Assembly (NCBI RefSeq): GCF_009914755.1
Contig: NC_060935.1
Reading direction: 5' to 3' (one strand)
Source of the DNA: the human T2T-CHM13v2.0 reference genome, Homo sapiens
Length of the DNA stretch: 64,000 nucleotides
Below, piece after piece: positions 1 through 15,484 of this stretch. A program made the position numbers and the translations under genes. The notes beneath the pieces were generated by a model, which worked only from the letters and a program-made list of their open reading frames with translations, made no database searches and had not been told where the DNA came from. Within the stretch, counting starts at the first letter, position 1. Every line of letters starts with the position of its first letter.

Positions 1-125
1 TATCTCTGAACCTTGGGTTTGTTCTCTGTAAAATGGGAGTGATGCTACTTACCTCACGGGGAGGTTGTGAGGATTAAATGGGGTAATGGGCGTAGCACAC
101 CTCTCATGGTGCCTGGCACATAGTG
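1..125 (+). mobile_element. MIR fragment
   Basis: MIR core: ctgtaaaatggg...ggttgtgaggattaaatg...gtgcctggcacatagt. Confidence 0.8.
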
Positions 126-270
126 GCCTGCAGGTGGCCTCTTCCCCTCTGGCTCATTCCTGAATTGGCCCACAGGAGCCTTGGAGCACAGATGTGGGCA
201 GGGTTCCTTGTTGCCGCAGGCCTCTCATTCGGTACTGGCCCCTAAGTGCCTTTTACCTTTAATAACTTTT

Positions 271-617
<347 letters not shown>

Positions 618-619
618 TG

Positions 620-2200
620 AAGAACGATGGGCCACCTTTCGCTTCCTGGTGAGAAGTTCTTCTCATAAACCTTGGAACTGCAGGTCTGGGAGAGCCTTAT
701 CATCAATCCCACTGGATGCTTGACTCCACAGTGGTGGTTTAGCCTGAGTTTATAGGTGGGAGGTGATCCATCCTGTCTTTGAACTCCTCCTTCCTGATGG
801 CTTCCTATAGCTTCTGGCATTTGGTCCCAGTTCTTCCCCTTGGGTGCCATGGAGAGTAGGTCTAATCTGTCTACCACCCAATAGCTCTTCAGAAATTGTT
901 TTTTTTTAATCAAATCTCTAACACCATCAACTGAAAGATATACCATTATTTCATGTACCCTCAAGAAAGAAAAAGAGCTGCCAATTAAACTGTGGCACAA
1001 TGCTTTGCCATTGCTTAAAATTTTTATTCTATATTTTCTGAATTTTTTAAGATTTTAGACATACTTTTTTTATTTTATATCACTCTTGCATATATATAAA
1101 AGTAAATTGGTTAAGGCATTTCTAAAACTTCGCTTTCAGAATCTAACTCTTCTGAATCACTTTTTGACTGAGATTCATCAATGTCCATGGTTTTCTGACT
1201 CACTGTTCTCTTCTAGTCAGGTGGGGATGTATTTCTTCATCTCTCTTGTCCCTGGAATTTTTTCCAGCTGCTGACACCCATTATGTCAGTTCTGGTGTTT
1301 TCTTGATTTTACCAGAAGGCATCAATGAAAGTTTTTTTGTTAACAACCAGGACTCACATTCCTTCCTTAAATGGTCCTTAAAAGTATTGGCTCCTGAAAT
1401 GTTTTAGATCATGGTTGTTCAGATATGCCACCAGGAATGAGTCAAATTTCCATATGTGAGGCGGTGACAGCTATGCCACAGCTGCATCCCGGGAGAGATC
1501 GTTAGGTTTCAGGGGGTTTTAAGACACATTCTGCTTTCAGACATTTTATAATGGGAAAAATGCATTTCTGATCAGTGAAATACGTTATTTAAAGACAGCC
1601 CTCTGTTTCTCTCCTGCATCTTCTTCCAGATTAACAACCCACAGTGTGGGTTCAGGATTTTTACCTTCTCTGTGGTTTTCCTCTGAACATGCCTTAGTTT
1701 GTTCAGATCTTTTTATACAGCGAAGGCAGTGTCCAGACCATATATTGTATTTATGGTATGAGGACAGCAGAAGAAGGGAGCTATCACCTCCAGTTCCGGA
1801 CATTCTGCTTCTCTTAATGCAGCCCAAGACTCTATGAGCTTTGCTGGCAGCAGCATCACATCACAGACGTTACTGCTGACTAGGTCTTTTTAACATGTGC
1901 TGTTGCTAAGCTGCTTCTCCCCTGTCCTAAACTTGTGTGGCTTTAGAATTTAAAGGCAGAGCCTCCTATTTTGCTCCTGCTTGATTCAGAATGATCATTC
2001 CTGTTAAGTTTCAACTTGTTAAATTCAGTGCAGCCCTGTTCCATTGATCAGAATCCTATTTAAGTATGCCTTCCACAGCGTCACCCAAGTCATGATAAAT
2101 GCTTATCGAAGGGACCCCTCTGTCACACTCCTGGAGACCTCCCCTCAGTGGACTTGCGATCTTTGACCGACTGACTTTGGGAAGAGTGATTGAAGCCGCC
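620..2200 (-). mobile_element. L3/CR1 LINE relic (RT region to 3' end), interrupted at about 896-1585
   Basis: Minus-strand residual motifs LGCIKRS...AVFK and FLKS...LDLLSMAPKG resemble the CR1 ORF2 C-terminus; a decayed GVPQGS-like region lies near 2110-2190. Confidence 0.65.
897..1584. mobile_element. Tigger-type DNA transposon fossil (MER97-like)
   Basis: ccattatttcatgtacc...aagaaagaaaaagagctgccaatta near the left end; terminal ...gatcagtgaaatacg at the right end. Confidence 0.6.
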
Positions 2201-2981
2201 CCTAGCCTAGTCTCTGTCCTTTTGCTTCTCTGACCTAAGACGCCTTTCTGAAGCTAGATAGGCCATGCCCATTGCAGTTCTGCATCTACTATCAAGTGCT
2301 TCATCAAAAAGGACATGAACAGCCTTAACGTTACGTGTTCTCAGCTCCTTGAGGGCTCCAAGGTTGCTTTCAGCTGTTCCTGGGCTGCTCCCCAGAGATT
2401 GCACCAGGCAGCTTAGCATCTCATCTGTGAACGTTTTCCGTGCTCTGGGAGGTCACTTTCCCGGGCTAGGGGACTTGAAGTCATTGCAAATGTCTAAATA
2501 TCCTTTTTAAAAAACAAAACAAAAACACTAAACCCCTATCTCCACTCTACTCTTCATTCCAGTGTTGGTTCTTTGCTCCCCTGTCCTGGTCTCCTCAATT
2601 GTTTGGCTGGAGTTGCATTCAGAGTCCAAGTCATTAACTTCCTCCACCTCGCATCTAGCAGCTCTTCTGATCTCCCAGCCACTTGAAGTCTGTGTTCTTT
2701 GAGTCTCCAGCACCAACTTCCCCTTCTTGGTCTTTTGCTAATTTCACAGGAAATGATTGTTTTTCCTCCACAGTTCCTGTGTCCTTCTGGTCACTAACCC
2801 ATTCCACCATTGTTGTGGGAATTAGGGAACTAGGTTAGTCCCTGTTTCTATGGACACATCCTCTCTCTTCTAGATGATGAAACTCTCTGCAAAGCCAGGC
2901 TTAGCCTTTAGCCACTGGGGCTTCCTGCGCTCTCAGGGTGTCTGATCTCAGCCCCACCCGCCAGAGCTCATCTCTGGCTAG

Positions 2982-3406
<425 letters not shown>

Positions 3407-4429
3407 ATCTTTTTTTTGTTATGTAGAGACACTCTATCTCTCTGCCCTGTCCCAAGTCTAGTCCTTTAAAAGATAAAGCCTGGGTGCAGAGAAGTGTGTC
3501 TAGTCTGCTATCAGTTAATGTAAACAAAAGGACACATATTTATATTTGTGTATATACGCATAATCACGGTCCGGAAACAGACACAAGCAACTGATAATAG
3601 TGGTGACCTGTTTTAGAGTGGGGACGTGGTAGGTAGATGGGGACAGGAGTAGGAGGGAAACTTTTTCTGAATACTTTTGTATTCTTTTGACTTTGGAATC
3701 CGGTGCAAGTATTTCTTATTCAGTTTTTTTTTCTTTAAATAACAGATAATCTGGGATGCCTGACTGGCTAATGTGAACTGGTGAGGCCATGTGGAGTGAG
3801 TGACTCACCTGCTTGAGTCAGGGCTCTGCAGCCTCCTACCCACCTGGGCCTCAGCTCCTCAGGTGTAAAGCTGGCTGGTCCCAGCCCACTTACCTTGCAG
3901 AGGGGACTCAGGGAGGCCCTCCTGCAGAGCCTGGCATAGGCCAGCACATGGAGGGTCTGTAGTAAACAGGGCCTCTCCCTCAGAAGTCATGTGGGATTTT
4001 AGGACCATTACAGTAAACTGTAATCTCGGTTTAGTGATAGCTGGTGCTCAAAGCGTGCACCTGAGCCTCATGTTGGTTTTCTGCTGTCAGTCACTTAAAA
4101 CTTACACCATGGTTTTTTCCTCTTGTGAACTCCAATATTTAAGGAGATTGGAAGCTCTGAATCTCTGGGTTTGCCTGGAAGAAGTATGTACTTTGCTTTG
4201 CCAGACCTGAGATGCTTTACAAATCATCTTGTCTGCCCAGTTCAGTGGAGTGAGATTAGAATAGGTCTAACATCCTTTGAAAACATAGGCCCATGGTGAG
4301 GTTTGCAGGTAACTGAGATCACAGCTGGCTCTGAAGAAAAAATGCAGCCTCTTGGGAGTGGCCAGTCCAGGTACCTATAATTGAGGAAGTGACCTGATTG
4401 GGGAGGTGACTTATTTACCCTGGGCAATT

Positions 4430-5700
4430 AAGAAGCATTTATTGAACACCTACTATGTGCCCTAGGCTCTGTGCTGTGGGGATGACAAGATGCATAAGGC
4501 TCAACTTCTCCTCCTAAAGTATTTACAGTGGGCTTGGGAAAGCAAGGCTTATGTGTGTAAAAAAAAAAAAAAAAAAATTAAGTAACAGGAGATTTTCGCA
4601 ACAGTTCAGCTCAATCATAGAAGAAAAACCACAAGGTAGTTCATGACTAATGTCCATCTGCCTGAAGGAGGCAGCGGTGGGTGTGGGGAGTGTTTTCTGT
4701 GGGCTAGGGAGGGCCTGGAAAGCTTCCTGGAGGAGGGAGCAGAGGTGGCGGCAGCAGCAGCATTTGATCTGGATCCTGATGGGTAGTTGCAGTGCAGATG
4801 GATAAGTTGGGAGTAAGAAGAGAGCATCTCTAGTGGGTGTTGAGGCCAAGAGAAATGGGGAATTGCCTGCTTTGAAGGTGGGCAGCGGGAAATGAGGCTA
4901 GGCAGGTGAGTTTAGGACAGATGGAAAGAGGCTTTAATGAGAGAGAGATTGAGTTGGAGTGTGTTTAACTTCAGAACAGGGATGGGAGGATGAAGGCCCA
5001 GGGTCTCACAGGGAACTCTTGTAAATCTCAGGAAGATAGGCAAGAAAGGGTCTAGCTCCAGGACATTTCAGTCTAGGCATCTCTAGCCTCCAGCCTCCTG
5101 GAGCCATTCTTTCACCATTGCTCTATGGGGACATTTTCTTCTTAGGCATTTTACATGTCTGCTCATTCATTCATTCAGCAGGTATTTATGAGCTCTTACT
5201 CTGTGGCAGGCACTGCTCTCAGTGCTGGGTTGCAGCAGGGAAAAAAACAAAACAAGATAACATCCCTTGCCACATTCCCAGAAGGGGAGAGGGACAATAA
5301 ACAAGTGAGCTAAATGCGTGGGAGGCCAGGTGATGAGAGGTATGGTGGAGAAAATCAAAGCAGGGAAGGAGATGGTGTGTGCTGCATGGAGAGGGGAGCA
5401 GCTCGGGGAGGGCTGTAATTTTAAACAGAGTGGTTAGAGAAGGTTTCAGTGACTCACCCTGTCACTGGGACTTTGGGAGCACAGGGAAGGAGGCAAGGCC
5501 AGATCCTACTGGGATCTTGAGCCCACAGTTGATCCTCTTCGACCTGTTGGGGGTCTTTGACTAGGCAGTAGGGAGTCTTTGAGTGCTCTTGAGCAGAGGA
5601 GTGACATGTGTGGGGAGATCTCCCTAGTGGCTTTGTAGGGGATAGGATATTGGCGGCTGAGACAGGGGAGCAGAGATTCAGGAGGAGATGACCACTGTAG
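4430..5700 (-). mobile_element. L2 fragments
   Basis: gcatttattgaacacctactatgtgcc and ttcattcattcagcaggtatttatgagc 3'-end signatures, followed by purine-rich L2 body. Confidence 0.65.
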
Positions 5701-5739
5701 ACTAAAAAAGTCTACTCATTTGACACTTTCCTCACTGTG

Positions 5740-7320
5740 CTGCAAGCTCCACATCTGTAAATGGAGATAAAATGGTACTTACCATTTCAGGCACGTTTTC
5801 AAGAGGATGAAGTGGGTTACTGAATGTAGAATACTTAGACTAGCACCTGACATATAATAAGTGCCTAAAAATATTGTCTTGCTCTACTATCTGTCCCTCT
5901 GTCTGCATATACGTATGTGTGTGTAAAATTAATGTGTTAGGGACATCCTTTCTTGTCCTGAAGCCAAGTCAAATGAAGAAAATAATGGCGCTTTTCAGGA
6001 TTAAATGAGATCATCCATGTTGTGGGTGTAGGTTAGTGGCAGATGAAAACCAGGTGAATACTAGTTAAAAGTACTACTGTTACCACCAGATCTTACCTTG
6101 AAGAAAATGATTTTGCAATGGAAATCCTTTGTAAAGTCTTCCTATTTAACAGTTGTTTATCAAGACTGCAACATGCCAGGTGCTGCACTAGACACATCCC
6201 ATTTCATCTTTGCAATAACTGCCCAAGATAATAAGTGTTAACCACATCTTACAGATGAGGAAGCAGAAGCCCTGGACTAAGACTTGACAAGGTCACATAG
6301 CTGGTAAATGGCAGAGCTGGGATTAATCCATGAGTGTTCCATTGTGTAAATGTAAACATTGACATATAGGTTCTCATATCAGTCTCCCTTGGTATTAGGT
6401 ACCCACAAAGAGGTGCAGGGAGAGCAGAGGCATGGCCAATTTCCAGGACAGATCGGGGCAGTGTGAATGTAGTGGGGAAAGCATGGGTGGGAGACACTGT
6501 GGGTGAAACAGTACCTTTCTTCAATGACTCAGCCCTGCAGGCTTTATCAGAGCCTTTCAGCCACCCTCTCAGAGTCTATCTGAAACCCATTTTGGTTTCC
6601 CAAAAGGAGCAGAGCCTGACAAGTTCAAATCCTGGCTCCAGCACTTACCAGCCATGTAAGTCCAAGATAGAAGTCAATTTCTTTGTGCCTCAGTTTTGTC
6701 ATCTGCAAACTTGCTTCATAGGGTTGTTATGAGAATATCAGAGAAGCTATGTCAACACTTAGAACAGTGCCTGGCCCATAGCAAGCACTCTGAAAGAGTT
6801 ATTATTATGTTAACAATTCTTATATTATTTTTATATTATAGTATTATTGTAAGTGCCTTCTTAATCTCTGAGGTCAGGGTAGAATGTCCATCCTCTCTGC
6901 AGGATCATTCTGTAACACATTCTGTTTTGCCTTATTATATAGATGTGGGTGTAGGTCTCCCCTTTACAAGACCATGAATAGAATTCAATCAGCATCTTTC
7001 TAAAATCCCTGAAGACTTGTGCCTTGTCCTAGAAGCTGTCAATAGAGACTTGGGCCAAAAGAAGTGATTCTTGGTTTTCTTTTACCCTTCAAGCCACATA
7101 TTCTGACCTGAAGACCCCACCTCTCAGGATTTGGAAAATGTCTGATATTTCCAAAGGTGCTTTACAGTTTGCCAAACACATTCCCATTCATATTTCATTT
7201 GGTCTTCACAGTTACCCTGTGCGGTTACTGGGTGCTGTCCCCATTGAACAGGTCAGGAGACTGAGGCTCTGCAGGGTTGAATAACTTGCTCCAAAACGTG
7301 CAAGTGGAAGGTAATGAAAC
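5740..7320. mobile_element. Cluster of MIR fragments in both orientations (about 5740-5880, 6150-6330, 6610-6810, 7150-7320)
   Basis: MIR core motifs: catctgtaaaatgg, acagatgaggaa, gcctcagttt, actgaggctc. Confidence 0.7.
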
Positions 7321-7559
7321 ACGCACCCCCCTTCCTATCCCAGAAAGCTTTGTTCTGGAGTTTCAGATTGACTCTTCCCCTAAAGCCATTCATCATTTCC
7401 CCCTTAGCCCTTTTCCTAAAGAGGACTGGGAGGAGGTCATGTGGTGACCAGCCGACCTTTATACAATTCTACTCTGTTTCTTCTTCTTCTTCTTTTTTTT
7501 TTTTTTTTTTTTTTGGTGGTCCTCAATTACGTGGACAGTTTTTCATTTGTTTTTCTCTT

Positions 7560-7871
7560 AATTTTATGATTCATTTATTTATATGAGACAGGGTCTCACT
7601 CTGTCACCCAGGCTGGAGAGCAGTGGTGGGATCATAGCTCACTGCAGCCTCAACCTCCTGGGCCCAGATGATCCTCCCAGTTCTGCCTCTGGAGTAGCTG
7701 GGACTTCAGGTGCACGCCACCATGCCTGGCTAATTTTTTCTTTTGTTTTTAGTTGAGACAGGGTCTCCCTGTGTTGCCCAGGCTGGTCTCAAACTCCTGG
7801 ACTCTAAGTTATCCTTCCATCTTGGCCTCCCAAAGTGCTGGGATTACAGGCGTGAGCCACTGCGCCCAGGC
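7560..7871 (-). mobile_element. AluJ
   Basis: gatcatagctcactgcagcctcaacctcctggg J-type diagnostics. Confidence 0.9.
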
Positions 7872-8870
7872 TATACAATTCTACTTTCACCCTTTGTTCC
7901 CAGGTCTTGTTACTCCCGAACTAAGCACATGGTGATGGCTTTGAGCAGAGCTGATTATTGGAGTTGCTCAAATCATCCCCACTCCATTGTCCCTTCTCTG
8001 TGGATCTGAGGTCTGGGCTGGGACTCAGCATTTGGAACTTGGTGGGGAGTGGGAGACAATGGGGGAGAGCATTGTAGCTTGAAGCATTTGCAGTGCCTGA
8101 GTATGAAATTGTCCTGAGCATAAATGTGCCATGAGGGACCCTGCAACTGAAGGTGGAGGAGGCAAGAGGAGGAGCAGGTGCTGAGGTGTAGAGCCCAGAA
8201 TCACTGCCTGGAGCCTGGCCAGGGGCCTGCAGGGGGCTGAATCAGAGGCCACAGGGCAGAGGGATGGGATGGGGAGTACTTACTCCCTGGGAGGCAAACA
8301 GGCAAATGATCCTTCTAGCCAAGGTGGGACTAAACCCAGGGCTCAAAGTCAGCCCTTAATTCAGACTTGTTAAACTCCTTGGAGTTGTTCCTTAAGCAGA
8401 AGAATCTCCTGTTTAGTTCAGCCCAACAAAAGTTTATTGAGGAAGTACCTACAGTGTCCCAGCAGGCATGAGGAATACAAAGTCCAGCAAGACAGGGACC
8501 CTGCCACAAGGGGCTCAGGTCCTACAACCTCGGCTTTACCTGTGCCTCTTCCTCCCTCCTGCCAACTTTGAATACTTGGGTGGAGGCTCTGAGGGTGGTG
8601 CTTCTTAAGTGCACATGGCAGCATTTTAGCTTCCTGGCACCCCAGCACTTGGGCTAGAATTAAGGCCTGGCAGGTCTGCAGAGCAGCACAGACTGGGAAT
8701 TGGCAAACACACCTGCTTATGGAGGTGGACCCTGATACTGCTGTGGGAAGAGAGAGGTTTCTGGGCTTTGGCATCTGGAACTGCTTCTCAGCTCCCTCTG
8801 TGATGGTCGCATGACTGGAGGAGCAGAGGCCGGAGGGCCTCTGGGTTGCAGGTGAGAAAGATCCCAGTAG

Positions 8871-9184
<314 letters not shown>

Positions 9185-10920
9185 GATCCCAGTAGAATTG
9201 CCCCAAGGTAATGGCTCAGGCTGCCCATCCCTCAGTCAGACCAGCTCCCCCTTCTCATCCTCCAAGCTGGCTGGTCTCCTCTCCTCTGCACCTGGGCCAT
9301 CCCTGGCCCCAATTCTTTGCTTTGGTTCTTCAGCACTTTCCTTCTTCTCTGCCTTTTCAACACCCTCATCCCCCAAGTCTGGATTCAGCCCTGCTGTCTT
9401 CAGAAAGGCTTCCTAAACCCTCTCAGACCCAGTTTCCCCTCCTTTCTCCATATGCTTGCTGGGCAGAGAATCAACAGCCCCCAGTTCAGCATTTACCTGT
9501 TTCCTGGGAGTTCTTTCTCACCCTCTCTGCTTCCTGAAGGGAAGGCAGGCAACATGTTTTGTGCACCCACCATGTTCCAGGCAGTTGCATGGAGGCTGGG
9601 TATGTCCTAGCTCTGTTTTTTATGAGCTGTGTGACTTTGGGTAAGTGTTTTCATTTCTCTGAGTCTCATTTTTTCATTTGAGATTGAGGATGCGATGCCT
9701 ACTCAGAGGGAAGTTGTAAGAACTGGATGGAATAATCCATGCAAAGCACTTTGCACACAGGTCCAGGCTCATAGTAAATGGCTAACATATGGCAGCCTTT
9801 GTTATTCTTTGATAGGTATTATCTCATTGAATCCTCACCCTAGCTTTATAAGGTAGACGTCATTCCACAAAGGGGAGCAAATGAGCCTTAGGGCTGAAAT
9901 GACTTGCTTGAGGTCGCACAACAGACAGGCAGCAAGGCAGGGATCCAAGCCTAGGGGTGGGCTGCTCTGAGGCAACACCCATCCTCCTACCACCTCTGCT
10001 TCCTGAGTCCTGGCCCCTGTTTCCCATGCTTTTTAATGTTCCTCGCAGTCCCAGCCAGGGCACTCAGCAAATGCTGGTTGAATAATCTTTCCTGGCTGGT
10101 TTAAGGGAAACCAGGTTTGCAGCAGGAGTGCAGGAAATGCGACCCCTTGAACATTCCACTCTCTTTCAGATTTCTTTCTGGTCCAAGTTGCCCATGGATC
10201 CCTGCTAGTGTACTGCATGCCACTCCAACACCAGGCAGTGCTATGCTGTGTGGCACCATATCTCACCCAGGAGTGAAACCAAATCATGCCCTCAGGGAAA
10301 ATGAGCCGGTTCCTTTTTATTTTTTAAATAGCAGAGAATAAAGTTATGAAAAGAAAAAGAAAAGTAAGGGAAATACCTGCCTGGATAATCCCCCATGACT
10401 GGGGCAACCACTCTCTGAAGCTGGCAGCTGGAAAACAAAGAGAATAGCCATTAGCTGCCAGCTGGGCGCTGGGCGGTGTGGCATTATGAAGCCTGTGTCC
10501 TGTGAGGGTCAGCAGGCAAGGCTTCCTGCTTGGGATGGCTTCTTGATCTTCCCTATTCCCACAGATAGAGCCAAGTCTCTGCCAAGAGCTTTTCTTCTTG
10601 ACATGATTGTAGTCAGGAAGATTTTCATGTCATTCCAGATCACAGTTCCCAGTTTAATTCTCTAGCAAATGCTAGAAGCTACCACTTCCATCTTGGCTGT
10701 GTGTTCTTTTGTACCAACTGATGCTTGTATCTTTACTCCTTACTCCACTGGTTATTTAGTTTATGCCCATGCAGACTTCGGTGCTGGGTTCCCTGGGGCT
10801 TGTGGAAGAAGGCGCTTGCCTGTGCTCATTTGTGTGTTCATCTCATGGCCCATGCTGCAGGAGAGGTGGGTGGTTGTCAGCATATTTTGGTTCTTAGTTT
10901 TTGCTACCAGGCCATGGATT

Positions 10921-11241
<321 letters not shown>

Positions 11242-12499
11242 ATTTTTTCCATTTAAAACCCTTTAAAAACACACCTGAAGGTGCAGCTTCCTTTCCTGAA
11301 GGGAATTAAAACCATGCTATTAGTAGGCATGGGATACGGGAGTAGATCATCTTTGGGTGCTGGTCCAGAAAGTAGTGAGTAAGTGAGACAAGCAACGATA
11401 ATATTGTTTAGCACAATGCTTTGTGACAGGGACTATAGTCGTCCCTATTAAGTCAGAATCTCTTGGGACAGGTGACTGAGAAAAAAAAAAAAAGTAAAAC
11501 AAAAAACACGCAAAGGAGATGATGTTTTACAGCCTGTTGGCTGGTTGTCAGGCGTAGGCAAATCTTGCCCTCAAGAGCAGGAAACCCACTGATACATGCC
11601 ATCCAGTAAAATCACACTAGAGCTCTTTGAGATTGAAATAACTAAGGTCTTGAAAAGGAAACTTGCCCAAGGATGCACCTGAGCTGTCAAGATACTGCCT
11701 CTCCTGTCTGTGTCTCAGGGCTGCGCTTTCCTCTGAGTAGTTATGAATAAAGGAGCAGCAGGACATTGCCATCACCTCTGAGGGATCTGAGCACAGATGT
11801 GAGTGACAGTAGAAATGGGCTGTGTGAGGAAAAGACCCCAGGCTCCACTGAAATCAGAGTGTACTGAGGAGGTGGTGTGCATGGGGTGGAACAGGCATGA
11901 GGCACTAGTGGCATGACCTTGGCGAGTTAGTTATTGACCTTCATGAGCCTGAGTTTCTTCACCTGGAAAATGGGTTGGATGATCATCCAGTTCCCAGTGT
12001 TTCATTGAAGGTTAGACAAGATCATACAATTCAATGAGTGTGACCACCAGTGCATGGCACATTTAAGTACTCAAACAAGGCAAGTTTTCTTCCCTTATCC
12101 ATGCTCCCCACTTTCTCCCTTACTGCCTCCTTTAAAAAGAGTTGTTTTAAATAGCTATCTGGATTTTTTTTCTGCACCACTTCAAAGTCAATGAAAATCA
12201 GCTTTAGCTTCCTTCTTTCTCTTCTTCCCCTCTCATAATGGGCATGGCTCCGGGGCTGGGTCTGAGGCTCCGTTCTCAACCAGGAAGCACAGGTCTGGGC
12301 TGCTCGCTGTTGGTTTCGGTAACTTCTTCTCCCAGGAAGGGCCCTGCTCCAGGGGCTTGCAGTGGCCTCCCCTCACTTCAGTCTGTAGATACCTTGCTGT
12401 ACATATTTGCTCTCCCTTGGCTTCCTGGGTCTCACTGGGTGTGCAGCTGGCTTTTCTTCCTGGGTGGGATTTGGTGATGATAAAGCAGGCACTTGTTGA

Positions 12500-13060
12500 G
12501 GGCTGTTATTACTTGGGAGTTTTTTGGTTTCAAGGCACAGGAACCAAACTTGAATGAGCTTAAGCAAAAATGGGATGCATAGCTTATGCCTCTCATACCA
12601 ACACTTTGGGAGGCTGAGGCTGGAGGAGCGTTCAAGGCCAGCAGTTCAAGATCAGCATAGTCAATATAGCAAGAGCTTGTCTCTACAAAAAAAAAATTAA
12701 ATTAAAAAGGATACATTGGAAGGTTTTGAGGAGGCTCAAAGATTCAAAAGAGGTGCAGAAGAATCAAGCCCCAGGAAGACAGCATGTGACCTCCAGCATC
12801 TCTAGACCAGAGTCCCCTGTTCAGTGCACTATGGCTGCAGGCAGCTCCCAGCTGACCCCACACAGCCCTGCCGCCAACCTAAGAGGACCAGGCCTTCCCC
12901 AGGAGTTTTCAGATTGGAATTTGGCCTGGCCTGGAGCATGTGCACACCCCATGTACCACTGCTAAGGAGAAAAGATACTCCCATGAGCCCACCTTGAGTC
13001 CTATACCCTCCTTTTTGGCTGGAGAGTGGGAGATGGGGTGGAGTCTGTTATCAGGAGAGA
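12500..13060 (-). mobile_element. Old MaLR (MLT1-like) LTR containing a sense FLAM at about 12575-12708
   Basis: ttggtttcaagg...aaacttgaatgagcttaagcaaaaa LTR-end motif; Alu left monomer with A tail inserted within it. Confidence 0.55.
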
Positions 13061-13089
13061 GACACAGAGAGAAGAATACTAGTAATATT

Positions 13090-13580
13090 AATAATTAAGT
13101 ATAATGCTCACTTTTCTTGAGCTACTTTATGCAAGACACATTCTAAGCTCTTTACCTGCATAACTTATTTAATCTTCACAGTCAACCCATTTTACATACC
13201 AGGAAACTGAGGTAGAGAGAGGTTAAGCAATTTGCCCAAAGTCACATAGCTAGTTAGGAGGAGAGCTGGAAGTGAACCCAAGCAGAGGGCTCCAGAAGTG
13301 CCGTTACCCACCCACTCTGATGCAGACAATAACAGACATCACCTCCAAGCACCTGCTCTGAGCAAGCAATGGGCTAAGTCCTTTATAGGATTATCTCATT
13401 TAATCTTCAGAGAAGCCCTATGAAGTGGGTGCTAACATCATCCACATTTTAAAAAAAGAAATTGAGGCTCACAGAGATGATGTGATTTGCCTAGGGCCAC
13501 CCAACTAATTTAAAGTGACAGAGCTGGGATAGGACCCTTGGTTTGACTGATCATAGGGCCCAAGTTCTTAACTGCCTCAC
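13090..13580 (-). mobile_element. Two tandem MIR copies
   Basis: tttaatcttcaca...cccattttaca...gaaactgagg...ggtcacatagc pattern occurs twice. Confidence 0.8.
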
Positions 13581-15447
13581 TGGGTAGCCTGCACATTTAG
13601 ACACTTCTCTTGCTCTGTCTGCAGCTCCCCTGGTTTGGCTCAGCACCTGAGTCTTTGTCCACAGTCTGGGGAGGGGCTGGGATGTGGAGACCCCTACCTG
13701 CTGCATGCTGCTGAGGGGTCGGCTGTGAGGTTTGAGCTGGTCTCGATCTATCTCACACTGACCTACACCAGATGGTTCTTGAACAAGTCTTTAGTGCATT
13801 GAAACTCTGAGTTTATTCATTTCTTCATTCAACAAATATTTACTGAGGGCCTGGAGGCTCCAGGCCCTGTCCAAGTGCTGGGGTCCCTCAGGGAAGAGCT
13901 TAGACTCTGAAAACATCCAAGAGGAAGGCTCCCGGAGTTCCTGTCACTTGGGCCTGTCATGTCCCACTCAATCTCACAGGAAACCTTCCCTGTATCACCC
14001 AAATCAGGCCCATGAGGGACCAGAGACCTCGTGCTTCTTTGCTTGGCACTGGCCTGATGGCAAGTCCAAGGAGAGACAGCATTTCTTCATTCTGGTTGAT
14101 TACAAAGGAAAATACAGTGTCAGGGAGTGAGCATGGGCGTGGACTCAGGCCAGCTCCATCGGGAGTCCCAGAGCTGCTGTGGTCTCTGCTAATCGAGACT
14201 TTGGGTGAAGCACTTCGCTGTGCCATGCCTCAGTTTCCCCCTCTGTAATGATACCGTACTACCTGTCTTACAGGGTTGCTGGGAGGATTAGCTGAGGTAG
14301 CAGTGTTAACTACCCAAGGCAATACCTGTACACAGGTTAATCCCTCCCTCTTATAACAACTAAGTAGTTTTGTCGGTGTCTCTAAAAGTCAGGGTACCTG
14401 GAGGGGGGCAGCTGAATGGGGTCCTAGGTGAGGAAATCACCAATTGTATCAAGCTCCTCATTTTATGGATGAGGGAACAGAGGCCCTGACCCTCAAAGGC
14501 CAGAAGGTATTGGGCTCTAGGACCTTCTAATTTGTTGGTGTTACAGGGAGCTCAAGTGTATTTGGCTTGTTGGTCAGACAAAGGGTACGAGTTGGTCCTT
14601 TGAGTGGCTGGACACAGTGTGCCCAGGCCTCTGTGAGCATCTGACCAGTGGTCAGCCCTTGTAGCCTGGTCCAGTCATACCTGCCTCCAACCCACCATGA
14701 AGACAGCCTAAGCTGAACCTTAAAGAGCCCCGTGTCCCTGCTGCTGGTCTCCGTAATGCCCTAGGGTGGGTAGGGACTTCTGTTCCTGAGATCTAGAGAG
14801 CATGGCGGGGTCCCTGGCTTCTGAAACTCTGGTTGGACCAATGATGGAATTCTGTACCAGGATGTCCAGCTCCCCACCCACAGATCCCAGGAGCTTCCCT
14901 TGAGAAGCAGGGGGCAGACAAGTCAAGGCCTCTAGCCGCTTTGACTTCTGGCTGGAAGCAGCAGCACCGAGCCTGCAGCACAGGCTGATAGAATGTGGCC
15001 CAGGCAGGCCAGCCTGTTTGTCAGCTGGCACAAGCCCCGAGGGGTGTGGGCTTGGTAATGATGATGACGGGCGGGCAGGGCTGCCGCTTCTGCCCAGGTG
15101 GCCGCCCTTGGAGCTCGCCAGGCTCGCCCGGTGTGTGGGCCCACCAGGACTACAATCAGAGTTGATGTCCAGTACACCTTTCCCTCAGCTTGGTGGGAAA
15201 GACCATGAGCACAGGGGCAGCCAGTCCTGGGCTCCAATCCTGCCTTGCTGTAGGGGCTTGGCAAGTGCCATCTGTTCTGTAAGCCTCTGTTTGCTGTCTG
15301 TGAGGAGCCACTGAGATCAAGCAGGTCTAGTCTCCACCCATGACAGTACACAGCACTTCATAGGCTGTCTCCCATTAACGGGCTGAGAATTCTGAACAGT
15401 GAGTCCCATCTTCCAGCACTCTAACAATGTGTGCTCTTTGTGTGCTA

Positions 15448-15484
15448 GAGAGAGAGAGAGTGTGTGTGTGTGAGTGTGTGTGTG
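15448..15484. repeat. (GA)n(GT)n compound microsatellite
   Basis: Read directly from sequence. Confidence 0.9.

Noticed and set aside
13380-13389. CArG box CCTTTATAGG (tempting given the MICAL2-MRTF/SRF link)
   Set aside because: Single 10-mer inside a MIR; expected by chance in 64 kb.
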